A stretch of DNA of 61,792 bases, filler included, from Dirinaria sp. TL-2023a (GCA_051941275.1; 3 parts of 3 records of this genome joined end to end with filler, not necessarily neighbours in it); one strand, 5' to 3'; numbered from the whole stretch's first letter, positions 11,648 through 25,126 are shown. Notes: generated by a model from the letters alone, not told the origin. Numbers and translations are program-made.

Positions 11648-13191
11648 GTTTGAAACCACAGCGTCTTTGACTGCCAGCGCTGAAGAACAAATATTTGCGA
11701 GAGAACTGCTGCGGATGAAAGTATGGTCTTATACTTGTTTCCACCCGTATCGATCCTGCAGGACTACAGGGTACTGTATCCCCGATTGGGAAGTCATTGA
11801 TTGTGCACTGGAAGGTTCATACATGACTTTCAGGATAAGGCAATATCCTTGGAAATAATCTAGAGGATGACACAAGTCATGATGAGGCTAGCCGCAGATG
11901 AATCGTACGGGCAGCCGGTTTCCATTCTTCCTTGTGCTCAATTTGGTCGGCGGAAAGTTTATAGAGGCCCGAGCCTACATACTGTACAGTCATGTAGTTA
12001 CGGATGTAATGCCATGTAGGGCGATAAGTGGCGTCTAAAGTATGATAGTATCACACCTTCCCCTGCTCAAGCTAGCCTTACCATCCACACTCCCAGATAA
12101 TTCAATACTCATTGGTGGTGCGCGGGTATAGGCAATGAAGTTGCAGCAAATCATCTTCTTTTATTCCCTAAAACCACAAGTCCTGGCCAGGGCGATTGGA
12201 GTCACTGCCGTCGCTAACCCAAGGTCGCCGATCTACTACCCCCAGGTCCCTCGAGTTCACATATACCGCGTATGTAGCGTCATATGATAAAGTATGCGTG
12301 GGTTCTACGGTTCTACCACACAATAATCCCTGTGTCGACCCTTGCCTGCAGCGGGCGCTTTTCCACCCGTTCCGTCCCCACATATTCGCCCGATGTACAG
12401 TAACTGTACGTACCGAGCGTACTTACTCGTTCGAAGACCAAGTGCAATGCTTGGCAACAACCTAAGTGTTCGCTGGGTCTTCCAACATCCACTTCTTAGG
12501 ATAGCGATTTGTCAATGATAAGTTGAACGACCATCTCCTCAAGAACGCAGACCCTCACTTCCTCCACACCTTATACACGGCTACACCTTTGACGCAAGGA
12601 CCCTTTGCCTATTCAGCGCAGGACTGCGGGAACAACACTTGCCCCACTATTCAGCTGTGGGAAGACGTACGGAGGTACCGATCGTGGCCGACTTTGCTCC
12701 GTAGACACACTAGTGTTCCTTGATGTGCAACGCATGACCTTGATGACCGCAGAAAATACTGTACAGTAAGGTTAGTCGTAAGGTAGTTGTCATTGTATGT
12801 CCCTCGGTTGCGTGTATTGATATACGGAGATAAGGAATATCCGCGTTCTCTTGGCATCTCGTGGTAGAACCGCGGGACCATGAAGGACCTGCAGATCGTC
12901 CGTCCATGAGGCTCAGGTCATCCAGTAAAGTAATCGGACGATCTTCCTGACTTATGTACATGAGTGTATCTTAGAAGTAGGACTTCAAGCAACGACTTGA
13001 ACATCTCCTACCTGAGCTGGTATATTGATTACTCCTGTGCATGTACTGGAAATTGTACACATCTCAACCAGTACAGTCGTGTACTTGTTCTGCAGTATTC
13101 GATGTGATTTCAAGCATCATAGTTTCATGCAAAAATTCCGAGGCAGAAGCTCTTTTGATAGAGCTTAGCCCAATCAGCCAAAGGCATCACC

Positions 13192-15715
13192 ATGCTCAAG
13201 TTCGCTACGTTGACTTCAGACATAGAGCTACCTTTTTATACTTCCCTCGCTTCTCATAAGATAAATCATGACAAGCTTGATGATTCCGCCAGGCGGCTCC
13301 TCGGCTTGTATGAGATACGTCCTACAGACTCTCCAGATGCGTCATGCCGTTTACAGATACATGGCAACGCTTTGACAGCGGAAGGGTACGTTGCATTACG
13401 CCTTATTGAGATATGGGTGTTCAGCTAAGATTATTCCCAAAGGGTACCGGCTGGCTTTGCCCGTGCGGAGGGTATGATCAAAAACGTGAACACGATCGAA
13501 GAGTACCGAAGTTTGGACAAGGGAGCTATACTAAATCAAGCCGCGCAGACCGTGAGTTCGAGGCGCCCATTTCGCTGCTGCAAGGGCAATCGCTAAACCT
13601 AACTGTAGATATGGGATGCAATAAATGACGGCACTATATATTCTTGTCCCTCGCTGCTGTCTTCATTCACCATGATCTGCTTCGCCGATCTCAAGAAATA
13701 CAAATTCACCTATCTATTCGCTTTCCCGGCCTTGCACTCTGAACCTTCGTGGAAGATTGCGCCGGGATCCGCATCGCACAACTCTTCTATGAGCGGAGAG
13801 GATAAGACAACCGACGAGGTAGAGCCGCATCTTAATGGGAAAGAAACCACAGCCTTGGTGGACGCAGTCCAAACGTGGAGATATGGTGTGGACGCAAGAC
13901 AATATGGCTTTTTCCTTGCAAAAAAGAAGCAGCGAGGTCTGGGGTGGACTCCTGCTGCAGAGGATAACGAAGCCGAAGGCTTAGAGGACAGGCCAAACAC
14001 GCCAGGAACACCAGCGGACGATGTTGGATATGACTGGGTTATTGGTACCCTAGCAAGCTACGATCAAGGCTTTTTCGACGGCATTGATTTCAAAGACCGC
14101 TTTGTTTGTTTCGTGGATCCTTCGACATACGAGTCATACCCGGGTTGGATGCTGAGGAACCTCCTCGTCCTGATTCGCAAGAGATGGAAACTAGAACGGG
14201 TGCAAATACTGTGCTACCGGGATGTCCAGGCACGTCGCCATGAAGCTCACAGCAAAATTCTGCAGCTACAGTTGAACGAATCCAGCAATGCAGGTGCAGT
14301 TCATCATCCAAGCCCCTGGACCTCATCGGAAATACCTAAAGTTACAGGTTGGGAACGAAACAGCGCCGGCAAGGTCATGAGCAAAATTGCCAACCTTGGG
14401 GAATACATGGACCCGCAACGGTAGGTCAGCTCGATCTTTTGCTACAGCGCCATATACTAATCTTCGAAGTTTGGCCGACCAAGCGGTTGATCTTAATCTG
14501 AAATTGATCAAATGGCGGATAGCGCCAGCTCTTGATCTAGATAGGATCAAGCATACCAAATGCTTGCTCCTCGGGTCAGGAACGCTCGGCAGCTACGTCG
14601 CGCGGAATCTCATGGTACGTACAACAAGGATCAGCTCTACCAGAGAAAGATGTTAAAGGAGTGTGATGTAGGGCTGGGGAGTTAGGAAAATTACATTCGT
14701 CGACAACGGAAGCGTCTCATTCTCCAACCCTGTCCGACAGCCACTGTTCAATTTCGAAGATTGTCTCGCCGGTGGAGCGAAAAAGGCGCACCGTGCGGCG
14801 GCAGCGCTCAAAGAGATCTATCCAGGCGTCAACTCGGCTGGCCACGTCCTCTCGGTACCAATGGCAGGGCATCCTATCCTGGATGAGAAAGCAGTCAAGA
14901 CCGACTACGAGACCCTAAGAGCCTTAATCGAAGAGCACGACGCTGTGTTTTTGCTAATGGACACTCGTGAAAGCCGCTGGCTGCCTACGGTGATGGGCAA
15001 AGCCGCTGGCAAAATTGTCATGAACGCTGCCTTGGGCTTCGATAGCTTCGTTGTCATGCGACATGGTGTCAGCAACCAGGATCATCCGGAACAGGAGCTT
15101 GGTTGCTATTTCTGCAACGACGTGGTCGCTCCCGCAGACGTAAGCGTGCAGTGCGTTGCATTTCGATCGTCTTGCGCTGACAAACCGAGTTTAGTCTGTC
15201 GCAGACCGAACGCTTGATCAGCAATGTACTGTGACCCGTCCGGGCGTTGCCGCAATTGCGTCTGCGCTTCTCGTGGAAGTCATGGTGTCCTTGCTCCAAC
15301 ATCCACTGGGCGCCCTGGCTCCAGCCCCAGCCTTGCCTACGGAAGATCGGGGAGATCATCCGTTAGGCATCGTACCACACCAAATTCGAGGGTTTTTGTC
15401 AAGCTTCGACAACAAAGTGATACGAGGCAATAGCTATGACTGCTGTAGTGCGTGCTCAGGCCGCATCGTCAAAGCGTACAAGACCGACCAGTGGTCTTTC
15501 GTCAAACGAGCCTTGAACGAGAAAGGTTACGTTGAGGAGCTGAGTGGGCTCGCAGAGGTGAGTCAATTTCGTGCAGCACTATCTGAGTGTATCGTAGGGA
15601 AGCTGTGCTGAATAGGTAGTAGGTGCAACGAGCAGCGGAGAAGGCCATAGCGGACATTGAATTGAGCGATGAAGGAAGCACGTTAGAAGAGGACGGCGAC
15701 GGCGAGATGATATGA
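13192..15715 (+). CDS. ATG7: Ubiquitin-like modifier-activating E1 enzyme Atg7
   Basis: [71 protein letters not shown]. Confidence 0.96.
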
Positions 15716-15876
15716 GCACTTGATTTAAAGATACCCATGTGCATTGTCCGGCGTTTGGTCACCATGTCTCCCGTGAATGCCGGATTCCAAAAAGATGGGA
15801 TCGAAGCATCCGGGGTCACAGATGGAACACCATAGAGCATTGTTCTAATAGTAGTCAGTCCGAAAAGGGACTGCAT

Positions 15877-17159
15877 TTAGCAGTCGCTCAGTACGTCTTT
15901 TCTCTTGGCATCTGCCTTCCTACGCAACGCTACAAAATACGCCTCCTTCGATTCCTTGATAATCAATCAGCATGTCAGCTTTGAGAAAGCCATATCTAGA
16001 GGTACCTTGCGTGAAGACTCGGGCTTCTCTCTGTGTACCTTGGCAAACAGTGCCTTTAATCGGAGCTCCAGCGATTTATCCTCTGCTCCTTGATAGAATT
16101 TGCAGACCAAATGCCCACCAGTGCGCAAGGCATCGAAAGAAAATCGAAGTGCTGCATTGCACAAATCCTGTGAAGTTTTCGGATTCAGCAACTCCGAATC
16201 TCTTTGACAGTAGTGGCAGCCACAGTACGAACCATGCTTCCACCGTGATCACGCGTATTGATGCCGCTTGTGTTCATCATCCTAAGATAAGGGTTACTCT
16301 TGCTCCTCTTCCAAAACCCCTCTACTTGGTCCCAGGGTGCTGACATGTCACTCAACACGACGTCTACCATTCTTCCTTGAGCGTCGTCTTTCTTTCTTTG
16401 GCTCACGTCCTCCGGGAGTGCCTCGTCGCTATCATTGACGGGCACAGAATCAGCCGCCTTCTTCTCCATCTCCACATAGCTCATTGAACTCTCCTCTAAA
16501 TCCTCCTCCGTGATCTGGTCATCTTCTGTGTCGGAGCTTAGGGATGGCTGATGCCGAAGTCTCCCTCGATCGGAGTCCCTCAGAAACTTTTTAACCTCCT
16601 CTTGGACGGCCAAGGAGAGAAAATTGCCTTGAATTGTGGAGACACCTCGAGGCGGTTGCGCAGGGATGATATCAATACCTACGACACGGCCATTGGGCTG
16701 TGTCCGGTCGACAGCAACCTTGAATGACGTTCAGCTTCCCGGCTCCGTTCCACTGTGACAATTGTGACGTACCTGCGACCAAGATCCGGGAGCATATCCC
16801 TGCATTGGTGAGCTAAATAGATATGCGGTTGGAGGAGAAGGTTTAAATACCAGATCGACAACGGTTTGGCCCCCTCGGAAAAGCTTGTACCTCTCATTGA
16901 TCTCTAGAAGTTTGAAAGCTGCACGGCTTTTCAAGTCCTTCACTTTGGCATTGGCTACATATCTGTCCTTTCCTTGCCGGGCTTGCCACCTCTTAGAGGA
17001 AGCGGAAGAAGCATGCTTCACCGAGGGCAGTGAAAGTTGACCCAGATTTGGATTGGTGATTAACAGGCATGATCTCAGGCGTGGAGGAAACCGCGCGAGT
17101 GATGTGTATGATGCGAGCTTCGGAACAACAGGTGCCAAATGCGACCAAGGAAGTAACAT
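15877..17159 (-). CDS. MRM2: Mitochondrial rRNA 2'-O-methyltransferase (FtsJ/RrmJ family)
   Basis: SRAAFKLLEI, VVDL/GYAPGSWSQ, DVVLSDM, CKFYQG, KPESSR/ESKEAYFV; presequence-like N-terminus. Confidence 0.9.
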
Positions 17160-18068
17160 CAAAATCTATGGGTTATTCATCAGGTATTTTATGAATTAAC
17201 ATGTTCCGCTTAGTCGATTTCTGAAGGGGTCAGTCATATCAGCACTCTCTTATCGAAAGGACGCCAAGCATGTGACCAAAGGACACTCAGTCACTCACAC
17301 TCGCACATCACGCTGAGCTGGCTGAATAAGCAAACACGAGCGCTGCGCTAAGAGCTGCGGCAGATAAAGAGACTCCAGGTGTCTTTCACTCTCATTCAAC
17401 CTTCTCTTTCTTTCCACCCATCAACAATTCTACCTCCGCGCCTTTTTTGACCTCCACCTCCGACATCTAAACCGCCTTGTTCCTCTCTAGAGCAACTGAG
17501 CTTTTTTCTACCCCGAGCAACCCTTCTCTTTCCTGGTGAAAGTTGGACTCGGTCCTATCCGGCCTCAACCGGATCGCCTTTGCGACCGTGTGAATCTCAC
17601 CACCGAGTTTTGCATTTGCATCACACGTATCCCATCCAACGTACATTGCATCAAAACGAAGGACTAGGAGTATCAGGCGGTCGTTCGTTGGCCTCTTAAG
17701 CTGGTTCACTTCCTTGGGGTTGTTTGAAGTCACTTGAGTTTTCTGCTTTACAACCAACTTTCCACTGTATCTGAGCTGCGCCTCTTCTTGTAACCAGGTT
17801 ATACTGCAAGTTCCGTGCTCGTTTTTCTGGGCATAGAAATCCAAAGAAATTGTTTTGTGCTAGCAAAAGGCAACGCAACTGAAGCCTACCTTAAGTACTG
17901 ACCTGTTGATACCGACCTGAAGTCCCCGTATCGAAGACAAAGCGATCTTGGGTTCGAACAATATTTTCTTTTAGGTTTCAGATCGAAGAGGCATCGCCTT
18001 GATAGTGCTGTCGTGTCGCAGAGGTACGGTTTGACCGACCTCACCCTTGCCTCACTGCCCCTGTCATC

Positions 18069-20203
18069 ATGTCTTCCTCCGTTTTCTTTCGATTCAAATC
18101 CCAAAAGGAGCCTTCTCGTGTCACATTTGATGGTACAGGTATATCTGTCTTCGAACTGAAGAGGGAAATCATCACCGCCAACCGTCTTGGTGACGGTACG
18201 GATTTCGAGCTCGTCATTAGCGCCGAAGACACCAATGAAGGTAAATTGTAGACCTATTGATACTTATCAGCGGGTGAAGTATGACTGACTCTGCATAGAT
18301 TACAATGACGATACAACAATCATTCCTCGCTCATCAACTGTTATTGCCAAGAGACTCCCAGCTTCGAAACCAGGACGAGGTGGAGCGGCCAGATACATGT
18401 CTGGAAAGATGCCACAGACCAGCAAGAACTCGTACAGAGCAGAAGCTCCCACCTCAAAACCTGTAAACCCGGCTCGGCCGTCGAATGTCTCGCAACAAGC
18501 GTCAGATACAAATGGTGCGCAGACAGAAGAAGAAAAGATCGCCGCGATGTTCCAGAACAGCGCGAATCAATGGGCTGCACAGCAACAGGAAATGGCCAAG
18601 TAAGCCGCAGCTCTGCTACTTTAAATTTCCAGGTATACTAATTGTCTTAGTGCCACCCCAATTTATCGCGGTGCTCCACACGGCGGGAAGCACGCGAATA
18701 TTCCAGACCATCCTCCCCCACCTGGATATGTATGTTACCGGTGTGGAGAAAAGGGTATGTTGCTCGTAATTCCATCTGTGTTCGTATATTCACTAACACG
18801 CCACGGCGCTAGGTCACTTTATCCAAGCATGTCCTACCAACGACGATCCTAACTTCGACGGCCGCCCTAGGATCAAACGCACGACCGGTATTCCCCGCTC
18901 ATTTTTAAAGACGATTGAAAAGCCAAGTGCGATTGCCAATGATGGGACTGTGGATGATACAAAGCAGCCATCTGGAGTCATGGTCAATGCTGAAGGAGAA
19001 TGGGTGATAGCTGAGCCTGATCAGGCGTCTTGGGATCAATATCAAGCTAAGGCCAAGGTTTCGGCAGCAGCTCAGCAAGCTGCTGCTCGCGGTAGCAAGG
19101 AATTACAGGACAGAGGGCTTGAATGTCCAATTGACAAGCGCCTTTTCGTAGAGCCCACCAAGACCCCGTGCTGTCAGACGACATATTGCAATGAGTGCAT
19201 AACCAATGCTTTACTGGAGAGCGGCTTGACTTGTCCTTCATGTTCTACCGAAGATGTTGTACTTGATAACCTACTACCCGACGAAGAGACTGCTGCGAAG
19301 ATTCGTGACTATCAAGAGGAGAAGGGCTCACAGAAGGCGGAAGAGCTTTCTCAAACTCCGGCTATCAAATCAGAGCCACACTCTGACAAGGAACGACCAG
19401 CAAGCCCAAAGACAAAGTCTAAATCGCCTACTCAGGCCAAGCCGGAGATCAAGCGTGAGCGAAATAGTATGTCTCCGAAGTCTGCAAATCAGCCAAAAGA
19501 GAAGGCCCCTTCAAAGGAAACCACACCCCTGCTTGGAGCAGAAGCAAAAAGCAATAGTAAGAAGCGACCTGCTGAAGATGAGCTCAAGTCCGACCGGACA
19601 CCACCGGCACCGTCTGCTACGAGCATGGTAAAGCAATCTTCTGCCAACGGCGCCAGCTCCAAAGGAACCCAGAAGCCGGCTAACACTCCCACTATGTCAC
19701 ACAACAACCAAACACCTTTCAGCAATGGAAACTATATGATGCCTCAAATGATGACTGGCATGCCGTTTCCCAACATGAACGGTATGAACGGCTTCATGGG
19801 GATACCTCAGATGAACACTGGTCTGTTTGATCCAAGCATGATGGGCACCAATTCGTTCATGAACCCAGCCGGCAACTGGAACATGTGGTCCCAAGCACTT
19901 CCCGCACAGAACATGGGGATGACAGGCGCCGGGTTCCAAAACGGGATGTACGCGACCGCGGGCTACAATCCTCAGAACATGCAGATGCCGATGGGGAACG
20001 GTTATAATAACGGGATGATGATGAACAACACGAGCAGCATGGGCGGTGGTGGATACGGTAAAGGCTCATTCCCCAACCAACAGCGCAATCACCTCCACGG
20101 ATCGAATGACGAGGACAGCGCCTACTTCCGACGACCGGTGAACCCACATCGGCATCAGGCTCGGCGGAACGTCAATCGACCAACCGACTACCGCGAGATA
20201 TAG
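18069..20203 (+). CDS. MPE1: Cleavage/polyadenylation factor Mpe1 (DWNN domain, zinc knuckle, RING-like)
   Basis: MSSSVFFRFKSQK DWNN start, CYRCGEKGHFIQACPTN, RIKRTTGIPRSFL, CPIDK..TPCC..YCNECI..CPSC; 4 exons. Confidence 0.93.
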
Positions 20204-20569
20204 GGAGCAGAGAGCGAGGCACACACTGGTATTCGCAGGCAGCCCACTTACCCACAACTGCTACTGCGATCCTTTCAGTCACGAACACAATTCCAACTAT
20301 GCATGCATGCGACAGGCGTTTTTTCACTGTTATCCTTTTCAACACCCGAGAATTAGGTTGGGAACAGAGTTTTTGTTTGTTTGTTTTGAACGGCATCTCT
20401 TCGAAATCAAGATACCCTAACAGCATCAGCATCATCATCATCATCCAAAGTAAGATGCTGGAAAAATCAGGCGTGGAGTTTTTGCGTTATGGATAAGAAA
20501 GAATACCACGAACGGGGGTGCAACTACAGAGCAGAAGAAATGCGAAGCGTTCTTTATTTTACATAGCAA

Positions 20570-20669
20570 NNNNNNNNNNNNNNNNNNNNNNNNNNNNNNN
20601 NNNNNNNNNNNNNTTAATTAATTAANNNNNNNNNNNNNNNNNNNNNNNNNNNNNNNNNNNNNNNNNNNN
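20570..20669. other. Artificial contig spacer (44 N + TTAATTAATTAA + 44 N)
   Basis: All-frame stop linker flanked by fixed-length N runs; an identical spacer occurs at 41227. Confidence 0.97.
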
Positions 20670-21509
20670 GCTTCATGGGGCCTGGCTCTGGATCTCTGCT
20701 TGCGCCGCGTCGTGCGAAAGTATACCAGCGCCGCGAGGGTCACAATGAGCAATACCCCCAGCGCGACACCGACTCCGATACCGATCTTGGCCCCTTGATC
20801 CAGGGTTCCAGAATGTGCGGTCGCGGACGCGGTGACGGTGACGTTGGGCACCGTTGTTGGCGTAGTTGCTGCGGTTTGGCTCGTGGTAGTCGGCGGCAAG
20901 GCACTACTTGCCGTTCCATGCTCCTTATTCTCGGAATTCCTGGGAACGCATTTTTTAGATAGTGGCTCCCTCCATAATCAAACAAATACACCGAGACTGC
21001 GGTGAAGAAGGGCGACCTTACTGAAAAGTGCTCACCAGCTCGAAGCGGATCTTCTGCGCCACCGTCACCCCCACAGACCCCGGCACAGGCGATAAACGGA
21101 CCGCGGAGCTGAACCCATCTTTACTCGCATTGACGGCGCCGAAGTAGATCTGATCGTACTTGTCAAAGTTATTCGTCTGCGCAATCTTGGTCGCTGTCGA
21201 TGCTCCCGGGGCGGTTTTTGTCGTGTAGTTCCCAACGACCCTGACGAATCCTCGCTGGTCGCACGTGTCGTCCTGGATGCATCCCGGCGTGTACAATGTC
21301 ACCGAGTAGTTCCCGTCCGGGCTGATCTGAGATGTGTCGAAGGTCACGGATATGTCTCCTCCGCTGTTGTTGGCGATCAGGTAAACGCCGTCTTCTTGGG
21401 AACTGGTGTGGGGTTTCCAGGTGCCTGAGGTGGTTGCGTTGGCGGCGTAGAAGTATTGTGCCTGGGCCAAGGCTGCGTAAGATGCTATGATAAGGGAAAG
21501 AGAGATCAT
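20670..21509 (-). CDS. Type-I membrane protein with one Rax2 third-domain-like ectodomain; 3' end lost in the gap
   Basis: Signal peptide MISLSLIIASYAALAQA; YSVTLYTPGCIQDDTCDQRG..QTNNFDKYDQIYFG; intron ~21021-20941; S/T linker; TM AKIGIGVGVALGVLLIVTLAALVYF; basic tail. Confidence 0.8.
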
Positions 21510-23163
21510 TGTGTGTGTAACCCAAGAAAATAAAAAAAAAAAAAGAAATTGGAGCGTTCAGAGTATGAATGGGAGCGACTTGAAAGACGTCCTGCCTTCG
21601 CTTTACTCGCAAAAACTGTGGCAAACCCAAACACCCACCAATTTGGGCCAAAAAAGGCTTTTTGACGTCTTCCGGGGTCGTAAAATGATAGTGGTTGCAC
21701 GCCTGTCGAGAACCCACCTCACCTCAAGCGAATCCTTCACAAAGGATCACTGATCATTATGATCGCAATAAAGTAGGCCCAGGGGCCCAAGGTCACCGAG
21801 TCCGAGACTTCCAGCGAAAGAAAGCCATAAGGCTAGGGAGGCATGCTCCTCCTAAATACCATACTTCCACAATCAGTAGACGAGGCTGTACTGTACACAC
21901 ACACCAGGCTAAGCATCCCCCGCACTAGCCTCCCTGTCATTTAGTGCTTGTGGAGTGTGGAGGGATACCTTAAGATACAGTAGTCGTTTGTTGGTAGACC
22001 AGAAAACCGTCCAATCCTTGTCGAGCATTAACCGCTCCACGCACTAGAACTTAGATTACGACAAAAGGGGGTCAATTGTTTTACTCGAAGTATTTTAAAC
22101 GCCGAATCGAAATCCTTATAATAGCGTTCGAGAAAATTGATTTTTGTAATTGAGGCTTACTGCTGTCCGATTGTAATTTCGGCTTCAGATTTGGACAAGT
22201 CCAGATCTCGGCGCTGTTTCAAAAGAATGTGGGATGGTCTATACTTTACTAACCGCCATGCGATAGTACGAGCCATAGGACTGAAGTCTGCGGAGAGACT
22301 GTAGCTCGCAATTAGGGGTTTTTTGTTCTGGTGCAAGATCAGGAATAGTCAACGCGGGCCTTGTCTTGAAGTAAATGGCCTTTTGCGTGCCCGGACCCCT
22401 TCAATACTTCCAACGAGTCACAGACTGCTCTTTTGCGAAGCTATATACGGAAGTTTTGAAAAGATTGGCTGGAATTCAGGCTCTGAGCAATAGTGGTCTT
22501 CCAATATCATTTCGCACTCTCGCTGGCAGGCTCTTTCCAGATGGGTCTGGAGACAGCAGCAACTTCCCCTTTTTCTATGTGCGGAAAAGCTAATGCGGCC
22601 CCCCCTTTCCAGTTGGTGACATACTCAGCAAGGGCAAATGTATCTTTTGGCGGGATTTGCAGACATTTGCCAGCCTCCGGTTGAAGTTGTGCGCTCCATC
22701 TCAACATCAAACTCCAACTGTATCAGCGCAGGATCCAGCTACGTGGACTGCAGAGGTCCTCGTGCGGCAGGTGCAAGAATTGGCGAAGAAGTCTCGAAGG
22801 CGATGCGGCCTTTAGTATTGCTCGGTCCTTTCGTAATATAGCAGCAGCTATCAACTTAGGGATTTTGATAGGCCATAATGACTAGATTTGAATGTGTCTA
22901 GCACTCCCCCGACCATTGAGCCATTATTGGGTAATTTGAATCAAATAAGACCTTGATCTTGTAAGGTTGATCATGCTGATCTTGGAAATTCCTGTAGCCC
23001 TTTCCCACTCAAGAGATAATTGGCCGGTTGTTGTCAGATCAAGTACCCCCGACCCAAAAGCAACTCTTCCAAGGGTTGGTCGGATATTTGGAGGCTTCGT
23101 ACACTGAGTTTTCTGCAGGGATCTCGACCAGGCTACGTTCATATTGGCATCCCCATCAAGACC

Positions 23164-24274
23164 TCACGTATCATGTGTAAGGCTTTTCCCGTCCATTTCT
23201 TGCTTAAAGTGATCGCCCCCGATCTCATGAGCTTGGCCACCATTATCCATTTCATGAAGTCGAGTGTCAGGGTCCATCTCTCGAGCTTGAACGCTGGAGT
23301 GCTTCTCGTATCTCGCACTGTTCCCCTCTAATTCGGCGCGGGACATCTTTGAATGCCGGTCACCGTGTGGAGACGAAGAGTGTGATCTCTGGCGGGCCTT
23401 TCGACGCAAGAAGAATAGCAATGCAATGAGGAGAAGCACAAAAACCACAACGCCTACAGCAATACCAACATCCTCTCCAGGAGAAAGCTTGTTCGATGAG
23501 GAAGGTGGAGGAGTAACGGTGACTGTAGCAGCTACTGCAGAAGCTGTGGTGGGTTGATCGGCCTTCGCCGTGGACGCTGAGTTGGTTGGATTTATTGAGG
23601 TCGCAGAGGACAGGCTTGCACTCGAAGAAGTGGCCGTACGCGGTAAGGCTACGGAAAAAAATTGCTGTCAGTGTCAAGCATCCACATCGGTTTACAACTA
23701 TCTTACGGTCTTCGGCAAGGAGTAAGCCATCCAGACCTCCACCTGACCCATACCAGTCAGAGATATTCAGTCTCACACTATCCATGTTAATGACATTCAC
23801 AAAGAAAAAATCCTGATAAGACTTGTTCGAGGAGTGTGCGAGTGGGCAGAGTTCATCGCAGAATGCGTGTTTTCCGGTCTGCGGATCCGTGTAGGACAGA
23901 TTCGCCACTGCATTGGAAGGAAAGCCGGTGATGGCGAAAGCCTTTGTGCCTCGCCCATCTTGTCTAGTGTTTGACAAACGTAGCAGGGCAGGTGAGAAAG
24001 TTCCAGTCGAGACCCCAATCGCTTGCCAATACCCAGCTGTATCATCCGCTAAAAGCCAGGTCTTTCCAGCACCATCAACCCCGTCCGTACTCTTGAGGAT
24101 ATTCCGAGGGTCGTCAAATCCATCTAGGTTCGAACTGCCCTTGGCGGTTACGTTGGCAGAGCTGAGATCAACCGTCACATCTGAGGGAATGTTCGGGGCA
24201 ATATTATCCGTCATATCAACGCATCTGATCCAGACATACAATTTTTTTTGGCAAGGCGTCGTATCGATGACCAA
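23164..24274 (-). CDS. Type-I membrane protein with one Rax2 second-domain-like ectodomain; 5' end unresolved
   Basis: GFDDPRNI, DGAGKTWLLADDT.GYW, LRLSNTRQDGRGTK, CDELCPL, YQDFFFVN, ISDWYGSGGGLDG; intron ~23706-23648; S/T linker; TM VGIAVGVVVFVLLLIALLFFL; tail with repeated ELE/EMD motifs. Confidence 0.8.
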
Positions 24275-24730
24275 ATGACGAGAGGACCAAATTTCTCAAG
24301 ACTCCATTTCTGAATATGTCGAGAGAGATGAAAGTGGTACCACAGGCCATTTTTCAAACCGATTTCTTTCATGTACTCCGTAAGCGCCTGCTTTATCTGT
24401 AACCTAGCGGCGACCAATGGCTGTGCCCGCCGCCAAGGAAGTGCGGGCAGCATCACGATGTGCAGGTTCATTATTATGATGCCAAACATAGAACATAGAT
24501 TAGAAAATCTGGCTGTGACTTGTCAATATTAAGGAGTCGATCGCTCAAATGCATCGACGAAGAAGATTAAGATATTGAGATGATTTCGGCCCCCACTGAC
24601 TTCCGAATATGTCAATAATAATGAGAGCGAATAGATTGTCAATAGTCTCCGCAAATTTGAAGAAACATTTGAACCTAATTTGCGTGCATCTTGAAGATAC
24701 CCTGAATCCATCGTGTAACATTGATTCTCT

Positions 24731-25126
24731 TTGGCGCTCGCTAAAAAAAACACAAAAACACACACAGACCTTCCATAGAATTTGTATGTAGAACCTGTAA
24801 AAACGTCCCAATTGACCCACAATGCCGCGAATTATCGATATTGCACTTCGTAGCATCTTTTTTGAAGCCCCAATTCGGCATTCGAATTTCTTGATCCTAA
24901 GAGATTCTCCTCGTCGTCGCTATGCCTTTCAGAAAGCAGACTGTTGCTCAGAAGATCGCCAGCATTAGGAAACTCGATATACTGACGATTTGAGACTTAA
25001 GAATGATGCTACGAAGCGCATTATCGATAATTCGCGGCGTTGTCAATCAAATGAGTTGTTTTTACAGGTTCTACACACAAATTCCATGGAAGGTCTGTGA
25101 GATTTTTTGTGTTTTTCCGATGCCAA
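24731..25126. repeat. Long imperfect inverted repeat (~165-bp arms, ~60-bp spacer)
   Basis: 24731-24898 aligns to the reverse complement of 24961-25126, with shared blocks CACAGACCTTCCAT, GTAGAACCTGTAAAAAC, GCCGCGAATTATCGATA and CTTCGTAGCATC. Confidence 0.9.

Noticed and set aside
20614..20625. TTAATTAATTAA as a biological motif or piggyBac TTAA site
   Set aside because: Synthetic linker inside fixed N runs, repeated identically at 41271.
22000..23000. Short ORFs between the two Rax2-like genes
   Set aside because: Stops in all frames and no recognisable motif, including no leftover Rax2 sequence that I could see.
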